DNA of 64,000 bases from the human T2T-CHM13v2.0 reference genome, Homo sapiens, in the NCBI RefSeq assembly GCF_009914755.1, contig NC_060932.1; one strand, 5' to 3'. The position numbers and the translations under genes are program-made. Positions 1 to 13,412 of this stretch are shown here, piece by piece; the first letter of the stretch is position 1; each line of letters begins with the position of its first letter. A model generated the notes under the pieces. It was not told the DNA's origin and did no database searches. It saw only the letters and a list, made by a program, of their open reading frames with translations.

Positions 1-2105
1 TGAGCTCTTCTCTGGCCATTGTTATTCAAAACCATCACCTGCCAGTGTCTACAATCTTAAATGATCTGTCTCATCAATCAAACCTCCCCTTCCTATGGTC
101 ACAGTACTCGAGGATCAACAAAGCATGTGAAATCAGCACTTTACGTGCTCCTTGAGAGGGCGCTGCTTCAGGCAAGATGAGAGTCCCTCCTTTCCCACAA
201 CTCCCCATGACAATTTACAGCCCATTCTGCATTTGACTTCTTCAAATACCTTCCTTCAGATATAATGAGGTCCCCTGGGGTTGAAAGGTGAAAAGGGATT
301 TTGAGGAATGCCATTTTCTTTTCTGATGCCTTGGTGTCTGAGTGCCATGTGGAAGATTTAATACCAACTCTATTCCTCCGATGCATATGACAATATAATA
401 TCCTCTAATTTCATCTGTTATGTCTTTGTACAAGCAGGAAAAATATTCTTTACAGCAGGACTACAAAATTACACACATTACAATTGAATATTCGGTATTA
501 AAATAGGTTTTCCTGCTTGTTAGGCAAAAGAAGAACTGAAAGTTGTTTTCATTTTTATTTGGTACTTTATATACTGTGGGGCTGAAAGAGCTGGATTGGG
601 TAATTTTACAGGTCCTTAAATATACATGGCTCATGGATATTTGATAGGAATATGGTGATGCAAAAGTTCTTTCAAGTAAACAATGGATGACTCCAATCTA
701 AATCATTTTTTAGTGATATTAAGGGGAAAGATAAAGGGTAATTGAATTGCCTTTAAAAAAAAAATCAGCATCTGTTTTGCTTTTTACCACTTTTAGCCAT
801 CCAAAGTTGACCACAGTTGTGATCAATCCATATAGTATTCACTGAAGTGAATTTTTTAAGTACATGAAACTACCTGGCTTCATGTCTGTCCAAATGTGAC
901 CATTTGTATTGCAAAAATAGGAGCTGCATTATTTGCAGAATGCCGTACACTCCATGTCCACTAGTAAATAAAAGCTCAATGCAACTGAAAGTGGCTTTCC
1001 ATCATTAAAAAATAAAACCATATATTCAGCATCCACCTGACCTTCCACTGGGGTATGACTTATTTACTTTATACCACCTGCTTATAAAGAATTCTTCATT
1101 CTCAGTAACCGATAATGGCACAGCCCACCTGATAGATGGCAAGTGGACATATAAGCAAATATGTACTCTTTGTTTTTCTCAAATATGATGCTGCATGTTC
1201 ATGAGACGTGTCCCTCCTTCCTGTGGGAATAATCTGTGATAACCCATTCTTGCCCACTTTTCCTTGTGGAAAAAAAGGCAGGTGACAGCACTCAAATCTA
1301 GATGCTCAAAGCAGAATTTTATCCCACTAAAACTGGCTTTCCTAGATGGGAATGGAGCTTACCATCTTGATCTCACAAAAGGCCCTGAATCAACAAACAC
1401 AGTTAGAGTAGTGCCCTAACACACCTTTTTCCTTTCATCACCAAGGTGCCTGATATTATTCATCTTATCATACAAAGAGATGATTAACTTGTATCTTTGA
1501 ATAAAGAATGCATTGCACAACGTGCATGCACACACACACGCATACACACACAATGTGAATAATAATTTAAGGATAGCTGCTTTCTCACTGACTTTGTCAC
1601 TGGGTTCACTACCAACCTTACAACTACACAGAAACACACAATATACTTGAGAAGAGGGGAAATATTTATTTTCTTGGTCCCAGCAGAGCTTGTGAGTAAT
1701 AGCATAGGCAGCACTCTACATATATTTCTCTTGGCTTAATATGAGGCATAAGAATAGACTAAGTGACAGAAAGAAATATAAAATGTAACAAATGTTACAA
1801 GTTATGAAAACCTTGGTTTTGAGTCTGATGGAGGAGAGTACCAATTAATACTCTCAGAGAAATAGAGGACAATGACTTCACCCATCCTTAGTCCTTTCCC
1901 TTATCTTTCTTGGCCATAACTAAAAAGTGACTAAATAGAACAAATTAACAGCTTTCACACTCCAAATCAACAATGCATTATGTTATGTAGTGCACTGTAA
2001 ATCACTGGAAAATTAATAGGTTTTCTTGTATTCACCATCACCAAACTATATCTATGTCATTATGTAAAACTCTTCCATGTTTTTGCTTGTCCTCAAAACT
2101 AAAAG

Positions 2106-2743
2106 TGTTACTAGAAAGAAAAGGGTCCTATCCAGACCCCAAGAGAGAGGATTCTTGGATCTCACTCAATAATTCAGAGTCCATAGAATGAAATGAAAGC
2201 AAGGTTATTAAGAAACTAAAGGAATAAAGAATGGCCACTCCAATAAAGAATGGCCACTCCATAGTATAAATGTACTCCAACTGAGTACATTTATAGTTTT
2301 TTTTTATTATAAGCTAAACAAGGTGTGGATTATTCATCAGTTTTCTGGGAAGGGGGTGGGCAGTTCCTAGAACTGAGGGTCCCTCCCCTTTTTCAACCAT
2401 ATAGGGTAACTTGCTGACATTGCTATGGCATTTGTAAATTGTCATGGCTCTGGGGAGAGTGTCTTTTATCATGCTAATGCATTATAATTAGCATATAATG
2501 AGAAGTGAGGATGACCAGATGTTACTTTCATGGCCATCTTAGTTTTGGTGGGTTTTGGTGGGCTTATTTACCACATCCTGCTTTATCAGCAGAGTCATTG
2601 TGACCTGTATCTTGTGCCAACCTCCTGTCTTGTCCTGTGACTAGGAATGCCTAACCTCCTGGGAATGCAGCCCAGTAGGTCTCAGCTTTATTTACCCAGC
2701 CTCTACTCAAGATGGAGTCACTCTGGTTAGAATGCCTCTGACA
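2106..2743 (-). mobile_element. MER41B-like ERV1 solo LTR
   Basis: The reverse complement begins TGTCAGAGGCATTCTAACCAGAGTGACTCCATCTTG...GAGACCTACTGGGCTGCATTCCCAGGAGG, as in the MER41 5' end. TG...CA termini; near-TSD aaag/agag. Confidence 0.85.
2343..2372. promoter_or_regulatory. Tandem GAS (STAT) motifs inside MER41B
   Basis: TTCTGGGAA at 2343-2351 and TTCCTAGAA at 2364-2372 both fit TTCN3GAA. Confidence 0.6.
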
Positions 2744-3059
2744 AGAGTACATCTTTTGTATTGTGTACAAGGTCTTTCTAATTCATGTTCCTACCTGAAT
2801 CTGCCTCTCTACTGCTGCTGCTTGAAATAAGTACAAAGAATGAGGTTCAGGCCTCAAGTGTTAATGTGTCCTGCTATGACCAGGCCCAGACAAAACAGTA
2901 AGGGAAACTCAGCATGTCAACCTAAGTATGTCCTCGGTGAATTCTCTTCTTCCAGAATCCCACTTTAGATATTTTTCCCATCACTGGGTTCACTTGTTCT
3001 ATAGCAAAGTCCTCACTTTTAGCTGTCAATTTGCTACAATGACAAAGGAATAAAAGAAT

Positions 3060-3190
3060 CATACGCTTTTAGAGCCAGAGAAATTAGAGACAATCAGGGG
3101 CCTCATTTTCGGACGAAGTTATTGAAGTTGAGCCAATGACAGTATTAACAGTCAAGATTAGAAAACTATATCTCCTGACTCCATGAACAC
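3060..3190 (-). mobile_element. MIR fragment
   Basis: Degenerate core: cctcattttcggacgaagttattgaag...tctcctgactcc. Confidence 0.45.
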
Positions 3191-3392
3191 AGTGGCATCT
3201 GTTAACATGCAGTCACATATGACCCAGTGTGACAGCAGGGCTAAATGTCTACTAGTTTAAATGTGTCATGAGGATTTAGTATTTTGTTCTATTCCAGACC
3301 ATAGGTCTGTCTGAGCACATCTGTATTAGTCTTCAGAATATTAAAACATCTCAATTTCTTCTAATAAAGCTTTGAACTGCCCTTCACCTGTG

Positions 3393-4830
3393 TCATTTAT
3401 TCAATCAATGTACAACAAAGCCCACTGAAAAGTGTACTAGGTACTGAAAATAAATAGGTACATTGTACACTTCATACTCTGAGATAGATCAGAAGAAACA
3501 AGGACAAAAAATGTTAAGAGGTAGGAAATTAAAAGAATCCATATATGACAGAATCTATTTTATTTTTTTAATAAAAAAATATGTGGTCTCATGTTGAGAA
3601 TGAGGGTGATGGGACATAGTTGGAGGTTTAGAAAAATAGAAGAATCTATTTTTTAATAGAAAATATGTGGTCTTACATTGAGAATGAGGGTGATGGGGTA
3701 CAGTTGGAAGTTTAAAAAAAATAGAAGAAACTGTTTTGAAGATGAGAAAGAACATCTTAGGCATTAGGGGTGATTTAAAGATGACCCAGCAGAGCAAAGA
3801 TTCTGCTCTGCTCTCAACTCTGGAACAGAACAAGAGGAAAAGAACATTGTCCTTGCAAAGTTCCATTGATATTGTAAGTCCAAATATGTTGCCAAAGTCC
3901 AATATACACTCATGTGACTAAGGAATTGTTTTTAGACCTTGAGAGAGTACACGAAATGTTTAGTCATCAGCTAGCAATTTAGTTCAGGAGAAGATGGGAG
4001 AGGAAATAAAATTTAGGGGTTAATTATGAAGCAGAAGAAAAGGTATTCGAGGATCTGTAAATCAACATGAGCTTCAAGGGAAGATTCAGTAGAAATTAAG
4101 AAAAGAGTGTGATAGGTAACTGTGGTCTAAGGGAGGTGGATTTTAGAAGTTCAAGATGATGACAAATTATGGCTCTGAGAATGGCTTATTGAGGTAGAGA
4201 ATGGTGAAATACATTTAGGAAGAATTTTTAAAACTATATAATAGGGTACTAAATAGGCCACAAATGTGACCTGGACATGCATTTAGAACATTAAGAACAC
4301 AAACAGTGACCTGGAAGTTGGTGAATGTCAGCTAGGAGGATAAGAAGAAAGTACATCTATTATTTATTTATATATCAGGTACTATGCTAATAAGTGGAAT
4401 ATGATAAATGAGAGCTTATAGCTTACATTGCAGTCATAAACAAGTGAATTTTCAAATATCATATTTTAAGATAGTGACAATTACTATAAAACTGAAGCAT
4501 GGTAATAAAGAATGACTGAATGGGGGTCCCACTGGAAAAGGAACATCTCCTTAAGGAGGTGACATTTGAGCTTAGGCATGAGAAGAAGCTGGCCATGCTG
4601 AGATCTGGGGAAAACATTCTACCCAGAGGTAAAACATGTAGAAAATGTCCAAGACAGGAAAAGTTTGATGTATTTAAGAAAGAAGACAGCCAGAATGGCT
4701 AAAATGTAATGAATAAAGTCAGAAAAAAAGTGAGGGTCAGATCTCTGGGGCATTATTGTCCATGAGAAGAAATTTAAATGTCATTCTAGGTACAATTGGA
4801 AGCCATTAGTAGCTTCCAGTGGATGCAATT
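3393..4830 (-). mobile_element. L2 LINE fragments
   Basis: L2 3'-end signature tcatttattcaatcaa; gaggtgacatttgagc; aattggaagccatt. Confidence 0.6.
3550..3729. repeat. ~90 bp tandem duplication (2 copies)
   Basis: agaatctattt...aatatgtggtct...ttgagaatgagggtgatggg...agttgga..ttta.aaaaatagaagaa occurs twice head-to-tail. Confidence 0.85.
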
Positions 4831-5717
4831 AACTTCAAAGTGGCAAGGATTATTAAACAAAAGTGAAAAGTCATAGTCTCAAAATGACAGAGGAGAGCTA
4901 ACAGAATATTGTACTTTCTGCTTGTTCTATGATATTGAGGGAAAATGGGAAGAGGTGGGGAGACACAGGAGAATTAAGAGTCCATTATATTCCCCTGCAA
5001 CCTTCTTTGATATAGAGAGTGTTCAGCCATCAGTTAGGTATCATGGCAGTTACTTAGGACAATGAGCCAAACTAAAAGTCACAATGAAACCTAATTCATT
5101 TACTGCAAAAGTAGAAACAAGAGCCACCAGCTTCCCAATGTTCCCTTTTTTCCACAGAACAGCACCAGGCAAGAGGTAGGTTGATGCAGCACAGATAAGG
5201 AAAATCATCTCACCATAGAGAATCCCCAAACAAAAGGTTTCTGCCATTTTATGGACCCATGGGTTTGGGGAAGAGAAAGATAGAAAGTCTTGGCGTGGTG
5301 AATGCTGAGTTAAAGTGAAGAAAAGTGCCTTAGCCCAAGGTCCCCTAGAAAGATCCCTCCAAATGGAGACCCCTGGACTAGGAATGCAGATATTGCACGT
5401 GAGCATGTCTGGGTAGGGGAAGGGGGTGGTTGTGTGTGTGGGCAGGGGATGGTGTACTTGACTATAAATCTCTCCAGAAAACTCTAACCCACTGACTGTG
5501 CAACAAGTCTGGACTAGGGAGGGCAGCTTCTCTCCATGAGGCTGACAGACAAAGCCTGGTTGGGTCTGAAAAATCACAGATTGTGGCCTGGAGCAGGAAT
5601 CCTTAAAGATAAACCTACTGTTCAGTTAAGATGGGAAAGTAGGAGAAATATTCTGAGAAAAACCTGAGACAGGAGACCGTTAAGAAAGGAAGGAAACATC
5701 TAATAATATGTTGGTAT

Positions 5718-6966
5718 TGAGACTGCCTTTGCAAACATTATGATAGAAGGAGAAATCTGGCATAATTGACTCCACTTTTTTTCTAACCTCACAGGCTAAG
5801 CATCTTTGCTCATCCCAAGCCGACTATGGGAAGAATTTAGCTTACAGTTTAATTCTAAAACAAAGACAGTAACAACCCTGCTGTTATTTGGATCTGTGTT
5901 CCCACGCAAATCTCATGTTGAATCGTAACCCCCAATGCTAGAGGAGGGGCCTGGTGGAAAGTGACTAGATTATGGGGGCAGAGTTTTCGTGAATGGGGTA
6001 GTACCATCTCCCCTTGGTACTGTATAATGAGTAATTTCTCATGAGATGTGGTTGTTTAAAAGTGCGTAGCACCTCTGTCCTCTCTCTCTTCCTCCTGCCC
6101 CAGCCACGTGACATGTTGGCTCCCACTTTGCCTTCTGCTTTGATTGTAAGTTCTCTGAGGCCTCCCCAGAAGCCAAGCAGATGCTGCCATGCTTCCAGTA
6201 CAGCCTGCGGAACCATGAGCCAACTAAACGTGTTTTCTTCATATAAATTACCCAGTCTAGGGAATTCTTTATAGGAGTGCGAGAATGGACTAATACAGGT
6301 TCCTTCCTGAACTAACCTCCTTCTTGCTCAAAGACTGAAACTGTCTTTGTAGAATTAAAAAATAAAAAAAGTCACAAGGTTAAAATTGTAATAGGGGCCT
6401 AAATTCTGCTAAGATGTAGACATAGTTAAACTCTATCCAGCCATTGTCTCTTCTGCTAGGATGCAGGCATAAACTCTAACCAGTCATTGTTTTATAACTT
6501 GCTTTATTAAAACCACTTACTAATCATGAGTCATGTAGCCAATGACCACACAATTTAAAACTTCCCCAACTGCCCCTATGAATAATGTTGCTATTGTAAA
6601 ACCTAACACTGGTAATCGAGATGGTTTTCAGAGCTTGCATTCTGTATGAACCAACTGATCCCACCTGGAATGGTAAACCCCCTACCTAGAAACTGACTCA
6701 GTACAAGAAGACAGCTCTAACACCCTAACTGTTTCATCCCCAACCCAACCAATGACCATTCTCCATTGCCTAGTCCTCTGCCCACCAAACTGTCCTTGAA
6801 AAACCTCAGCCTCCAAATTCTTGGAGAGGCTAATTTGAGTAATAAATTCCCACCCTTCCACTTGGCTAGATCTGCATTTCATAAACTCTTTCTCTACGGC
6901 AATACCACTGTCTCAGTGAATTGGCTTTCTGTGCAGTGGGTAAGAAGAACTTGTCAGGTGATTACA
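5718..6966 (+). mobile_element. LTR8-related ERV1 solo LTR, interrupted by an MST LTR
   Basis: Starts TGAGACTGCCTTTGCAAA, contains gactccac...ctaacctcacaggcta, has AATAAA near 6841 and ends ggtgattaca. Confidence 0.7.
5879..6297 (+). mobile_element. MSTB-like MaLR LTR
   Basis: caaatctcatgttgaa...tgattgtaagttctctgaggcctccccagaagcc...aattacccagtct...gaatggactaataca. Confidence 0.85.
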
Positions 6967-7236
6967 GTCTGATGGCATTTCTGAGATGTTCCTTTCTTGG
7001 GAAGAAATAAGAGTTATTTGCATTAAACTGGTTTACTAGAAATGGGATTTGGACTTTCTGTGACAACCCCAATACTTTTCTCATTTTTGAGAAAAGGTCT
7101 CCTTCATCTTTGATTCTCTGGCATTAGCATAGTTTAAAAAAATGCTCAATTCACAATAAATGAAATCAATGAATGAATCAATGACTCTTGGCCTCTGTAA
7201 AACTGCTCTACAGACAAGTCTTTAAAGTGATATTAT

Positions 7237-7450
7237 CAGGGTCACAAACTCAAATGCCTTGTAAAGCCAAGCAAGTAAGGTAAATGTGTCACTCAGCCAA
7301 GTGTAAGACATGAGGATAAGAAAAGTAGTGAACAGTAATATCCATGATCTGCCTGAAAGTATTCAAGTCCAATGAAAATAACAACAAAAACAATATTGTA
7401 CAAACAAAAGTAGTTATACTGATCTTTTCTATCTGGAGGCTGTCTCTGCA
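7237..7450. mobile_element. hAT-Charlie MITE (MER102-like)
   Basis: Terminal sequence cagggtcacaaactcaaatgcc. Confidence 0.4.
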
Positions 7451-7547
7451 GAACTTATTACCCTAAGGTTAATTTCTCAGAATAGCAGAAGATAAGGACT
7501 TACTAACAACCCAAAGTACACCAACTTTTCCCTCTATTCAACAATTT

Positions 7548-8810
7548 CTTATTCATTCAATAAATATATGTTTTTGAGCATCTACTGTAGGCCAAGTACT
7601 ATTCTAAATGTTGGAGAGACTACCATATACAAAACAGACAGAAATTTCTGCCCTCACAGTAGTTACAATCTAAAGATACAAGACACACAATTAACAAAAT
7701 AAATAACATAGTACACTAGGTGCTGATAAGAAGGATGGTGAAAAATAAAACACAGAAAGATTGAGAGGGGATGTGAGGGAAGTAATGCAGGAGAGTTTTT
7801 CATCTTAAATATAGTGGTCAAAGAAGACCACATGGAGAAGACGCCTCTGGAAGAAAAAGCCCAGAAGTGAGGAAAAGCTATAAGACTGTTCCGGAAAAGG
7901 TGTGCCAGTGGAGGGAATGGACAGTGTACAGTGTTTGAAGGCGGGAGAGTGTGTGTCATGTTTGAGCAGTAGGATGAAGTCCAGTGTAATCAAAGCTGAC
8001 TGTGGAGTGGAGAAGCAAAAGAGCAAGTTAGAGAGCTAGGAGGGGACCAGGCCTTGTGTGGTTTTGTGGGTTGCTGGCAGTACTTTGGCTTTTGGCTCAA
8101 GAGAGATGGGAAGCCATGGAGAGTTTTGAGTAGAGGTGATGAGATCTGACCTATGTTTTAAACAGGATTATGCTGGCATAGGATAGCAAATTGATGGGGT
8201 CAAGAGTAGTGGCAGACATACTAATAAGAAAGCTGTTAAAATAATCCAAGCAAGAGATGACTAGTTTGGATTGTGGTGGCAATAATAAGAACTCCAGTCA
8301 TATTGGAGCATATTTTGAGGGTAGAGCTGAGAGGATTTGTTAATAGACTCAATGTGTAGCATAAGAAAAGAAGAGGACTCAAGGACAGTGCTAAACATTT
8401 TAAGATTTTTTTGCTGGGCACGGTGGCTCACGCCTGTAATCCCAGCACTTTGGGAGACCGAGGTGGGCAGATCACAGGGTCAGGAGATCGAGACCATCCT
8501 GGCTAACATGGTGAAACCCTGTCTCTACTAAAAATACAAAAAAATAGCTGGGCGTGGTGGCAGGCGCCTGTAGTCCCAGCTACTCAGGAGGCTGAGGCAG
8601 GAGAATGACATGAACCTGGGAGGTGGAGCTTGCAGTGAGCCGCATTCACCCCACTGCACTCCAGCCTGGGTGACACAGCGAGACTCCATCTCAAAAAAAA
8701 AAAAAGAGTTTTTGAGCATTGTTTTTTTTGGCTTTAACCAAGATAAGGATGATCTAGGTGGAGGAAGTTGGGAAGGAAGATAAGATGTTCAGTATAGTAC
8801 ATTTTTAACT
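7548..8810 (-). mobile_element. L2a fragment, Alu-interrupted
   Basis: attcattcaataaatat...gagcatctactgtaggccaag...gatgggaagccatggagagttttgag. Confidence 0.75.
8413..8705 (+). mobile_element. AluY-like
   Basis: Dimeric Alu with gagaccatcctggctaac and gagcttgcagtgagc diagnostics; A tail. Confidence 0.9.
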
Positions 8811-9118
8811 TTGAGCATACATATGGCCTTCTGTAACATGACACACCTGTAGTGAGATAGCCAGTTCTATGGAACTTCAGCTAGCATGCAGTAACCAATG
8901 CCAAGTGACAATATTAGTTATTGTGTCATATGTCATTATATCTCAAAGATCCATCTACCCATCAATGGTATAACTTAAAGTTTATTCCAACTGCTTCTCT
9001 CTGGCTGACTTAAAAGGTTAATTGTTGTCTAACAAATCTGATGTTTATACCTTCATATTTTTTAAGATGTAATTCTTACTAAGAACTTGTAAAGTTCTTA
9101 CTTTTTTCATAAATGTAA

Positions 9119-9856
9119 GTATCTTAGTCTCTTTTGTGTGGCTACAATAGAATACTTGAGGCCAGGAAATTTATAAAGAAAATAGACTTACTTAGCTAAT
9201 GGTTCTGCAGGCTGGAAAGTTCAAAAGCACAGCTCTAACTTCTGGTGAGAGCTTACACTGTGTGTCACAACATGATGGACAAGGTCAAAGGGGGAAGCGT
9301 GAGAAAAGAGAACACTCAAGGGGCATCCTGGCTTTATAATAAACCACTTTGTTTTTTGAGACAGAATTTTGCTCTGTTGCCCAGGTTGGAGCAGTGGTGC
9401 AATCTCAGCTCACTTTGCCCTCTGCTTCTGGATTCAAGCGATTCTCTTGCCTCAGCCTCCCAAGTAGCTGTGATTACAGGCACATGCCACCACATCCAGC
9501 TAATTTTTGTATTTTTAGTAGCGATTGAGTTTCACCATGCTGGCCAGGCTGGTCTCGAACTCCTAACCTCAGATGATCTACCTGCCTCGGCCTCCCAAAG
9601 TGCTGGGATTACAGGTGTGAGTCACTGCACCTGGCCCACAACCCACTCCTCAGGGAACTAATTCCATTGTCTCAGAACTAATCCCATCTTGCCAGAGTGT
9701 GAATGCACTACTGCTAGAACAGCTGTAAGCCATTCACGAGGGATTCATTCCCTACTCCAACCCAGATACTTCCCGTTAGCCTCCACCTCCTAATACCACT
9801 AGGTTGGGGATAAAATTTCAACACTAGTTTTGGTCACACTATATCCAAACATAGCA
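9119..9856 (-). mobile_element. MaLR LTR (MSTC/D or MLT1A-like), Alu-interrupted
   Basis: tatcttagtc...aatttataaagaaaatag...ggttctgcaggctggaaagttcaa...ccaaacatagca. Confidence 0.7.
9350..9636 (-). mobile_element. AluS
   Basis: Antisense Alu: tttgagacag...ctcccaaagtgctgggattacagg. Confidence 0.9.
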
Positions 9857-10104
9857 GTAAGTATATTCTCTATGTTAATGTGTACTGAGCATAGAAGAGA
9901 ATACTTGTCAGCTTTTGTCCCTTACCTCTACCCCGCCCCAACCCCCCAAGAGATGAACAACTGTATAAAATGTCATATGCTACATTCAAGGACATAGGTG
10001 ATGTTGCTATTTGTAGGCACAGAAATGCCATCTTCAAGGTTAATGATAAAGAATTGTGTTTTATCTTTTTCAGAATATTATAATACTTATCACTGGATAC
10101 AAGA

Positions 10105-10265
10105 TAGTGTGCTAAGATGAAAAGAATTCTGGATGAGAAATCAAGAGATCTAAATTCAGGTGCTGACAGTCTCACATCATGCAAATTATTTTTCATCTTC
10201 AGCCAAATATTCAAAATGAAGGAATAGGGAACTAGATAGCTTCTAAGATACTCCAGCCTCAATAA
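10105..10265 (+). mobile_element. MIR/MIR3 fragment
   Basis: gaaatcaagagatctaaattcagg...aaaatgaagg...actagatagcttctaag. Confidence 0.45.
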
Positions 10266-11109
10266 CAAAAGAATAGGTTAGAGTTTGACTACACCCAAAT
10301 GTAACTTATCCATTTCAACAAGAGACTCGTAGAACCAAAACCCCATGTGTGTTAGACAAGGCATTGGTTTTGGTGCCAACTTAGGAAACATTTTAGAAGA
10401 CAGGTAGACTTGTTTGCCTTCTTCAAATTAAAACAAAGAGGTTTCCACTTAGTCCTGTTACTGCCACTGGCTCTACTCCTGCTTCTCTTGGTGAAGATCA
10501 ACCTATTTCAGAGTCCTAGCAGCAGCCAGACACTTACCAGGATGTGCCTCTGCCTACTCTCATCCCTGGAGAAACTGTCTCAGAAATGTTTCTTGGTCAA
10601 CATTCATGCCCGTGTTATCTATATGGACCAATCTGCTTTGTTTCCTTCTTCTCCTAAAAAATTCAAATCAAACAAAACAAAACCCTGCTGTCAGGAAGGA
10701 ATCTGGCAAGTTAGTTCACCGCTAAGTGTCACTATGCTTACCAAAAAAAGACTAGGGAGAGATTCCTATCTCCTAACTGTGTTAGGGAATCAATCGCTCC
10801 CATTGCCAAGAAGAGGTCTGGGCTGGGGCACACCTGGATGGCAAATGAGATAGTAATAGTTTTGGATATTAGGAGATAGTGCTAGGGGGCATCAAATATA
10901 AGAGCAATAATGCCTTATATCATACTTTGCTTCACAATATTGATTATGTATATTCCTTCACTTAAGAGCTTCCAAAACTGTGCTAAAGAGAAGGATAGGC
11001 AGATAGTACCCCATTTTACAGATGAAAAAACCGAAGTTATGACGTTCAACTTATTTCAGGTACTCAAATTGATTAGGGTATGTGAAGCAATCTGGTCTAA
11101 CAAGCTCCT

Positions 11110-11477
11110 AAATCCAAATAGCTTAACAAATAAAAATTTCACACTCATGCACAGTCCAATGTACATATGTTTGCAACTGGGGGAGGCATTCCATTAGGAC
11201 ATTCAGGGATCCAGCATCCTGCCATCTTGTGACTGCCGCCTCCTGCAGGTAATCTCCACAATGCCTTCTTCATTCAGTCAGTATACAGGGAGAAATACAG
11301 CTATTTTTATGGGCCAGACATGGCAATGGCAAACGTCACTTCCACCCACATTTCACTGGCCAGCCCTCAGTAGCATGGCCACACTGAACAGCAAAGGAGG
11401 TTGGCAAAAGCAGTCTAGCTTGTGCCCAAGAGGAAAATGAGACCAGTTTTGTCAAGCATGTAACCGTCTCTGCCACA
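11110..11477 (-). mobile_element. Old MLT1 (J/K/L-like) MaLR LTR
   Basis: tcacttccacccacatttcactggcc...catggccacac...gtctagcttgtgcccaag...tctctgccaca. Confidence 0.65.
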
Positions 11478-13412
11478 ATCAGTAACAGATCACAGGACAT
11501 GCCCCTAGTTAATGTTCTTTACATCAGACCACTTTACTTTTGCTAGTAGACACTCCTAGTCCCAATTTTAGATTTTTTTGTTCAATTTCTCAGCAGAGGA
11601 AACATATCTAGAAGAGAGGGCATATTCATAAATTCCATTTATTTCACCATCCACCAAGTCATTCTATAAGTCACAGTTTCTCTCAAGAGGATTTAAGAAA
11701 CAGATAACAGAGAAGCAAAACAAGTTTTGACCATATCTGAGAATCTGAATGCTGACAGAGACACTTCAATGCCACAAGTTTGTCATTACTCTATTAAGTT
11801 TTGTGATAATGATTTAACACAAATTTTAGCAAGGTATTTTGCCCAGACCTGTGATTTGTAGATAGGAGGTCTACAGGTGAACAGAACAAAAATCCCCTCT
11901 TGCCATTTCAACCCCTTCTGGGGGGTTCGGTAAACCCTTCCTGCTAGGGATGTTCAGGGAAACCACAAATGCTGTCCCAGAACACCTGCTTACCACGTTT
12001 CTCCCTTTTCCTGGGCTTCCACGCTCCCTGATGGCCTCCAAAACTGCAGTGCTTCCTCCCCAGACTTTCTCATCTGGTTTCCAGTATCAGGTCTCATGCA
12101 GGTGTGTGTAATTTTACCCAAGGCTCCTAAATAGAACTTTCCTAATTTGTGACTTGGCCAGCTTTGTGTTTCCCTTCTCTGGCTTTTAAAGAGCTCTTGG
12201 GTTCAAAGGATGAAAGTAGAATATGCAGATGAGAAGTAGAATTTCAAGCCAGAGGGGAGAAGTTCACATATATATTACACGTAATTTTTAGGAGGAAACA
12301 TCTTGTCCTTACCAGGCTAAGGCCGTTTTAATTTTCACTAGCCTTGGGCACCTGGGCAAGTGATTATCTGCAGAGTCAGATCCAAGGTTTAAGGATCCTG
12401 GCCTTTTCTGCCACAGAGCCCTGAGTCTTGCTCTGGCATTTATTCCCTGTTATAAAGGTTAAAGGGGAGAGAACTTTTCCCTCTGTCACCCCATGCGAAG
12501 CAAAGGGAATCTCTGTCTGCTCTTGGGACTACGCTTTTTATGGCTCTGTCAGGCTGTTTTGGTTTTGACAGATTTAAATGGCAATATTATTACTTCTTAT
12601 TATTACTAGAAACAACACTGTCAAATCCTTTTTGTTACTTTTTTCATAAGTTCTAGGAATTAGTTTTCTTGTAGCTGCAGCCTCTGATGTTAAAATAACA
12701 TTTACTGTGAAGCTTTCATCAAATTTTCAGAACACCTCTATTATATTGAATTGGTTGCTGCTAGATTGTCATGGAGAGGTTGGAGAAAAAAAAAGGATCA
12801 GTACTTCCAAGTGGGGTGTCACTTTCCCATAACTCTCTCAGCAAAAAATAGCCTTCCCACCAGCCTTCTGGACACTGAGGGTTAAATAATCAATAAGTTT
12901 TTAACCCAAAACTTAAAGTGAAAATTTCTTTCTTGCCCATTGTCCTTTTCTAATGGGCTAGAGACAAATTTGTGAAATAGGCAAAATTTGTCTTTGGACT
13001 TCTTCCTAAAGCCACTTCCTCAGCCATGTTACGGGCCAACAGTTTTCTTTGAGTTGTTCATACTTCTCCTCACAACCCATTTCTCAATTCCCTCAAACTC
13101 TGCCTGTCCTCTCCCTCAAGTGCCCATTTCCATTCATTTAAAGGCAGTTTTTGAGCCTCCACTGTATTTAGACATGTTACTTTGTACTAGAGATATAAAG
13201 ATAATCAAGTATCATCCCTACCTGTGAAGACCTGAAAGTCTAGCAAGAGGAAGGGCAGACTCCAGAACAATTATACGAAAAGTTCGAGAGCAGACATTAA
13301 GGTGCCATGAAAGCACAGAGGCCAGGACAACTAACTCTCCCTGTGAGCCAGGAGTAGGGATTCCAGAGTAGAAACAGCTGAGCCGGGCATTTAACGATGA
13401 ATAGGAAAAGCA

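Noticed and set aside
5050-5577. 175 aa minus-strand ORF in unique sequence
   Set aside because: Non-ATG start, no recognisable motif and no supporting exon structure.
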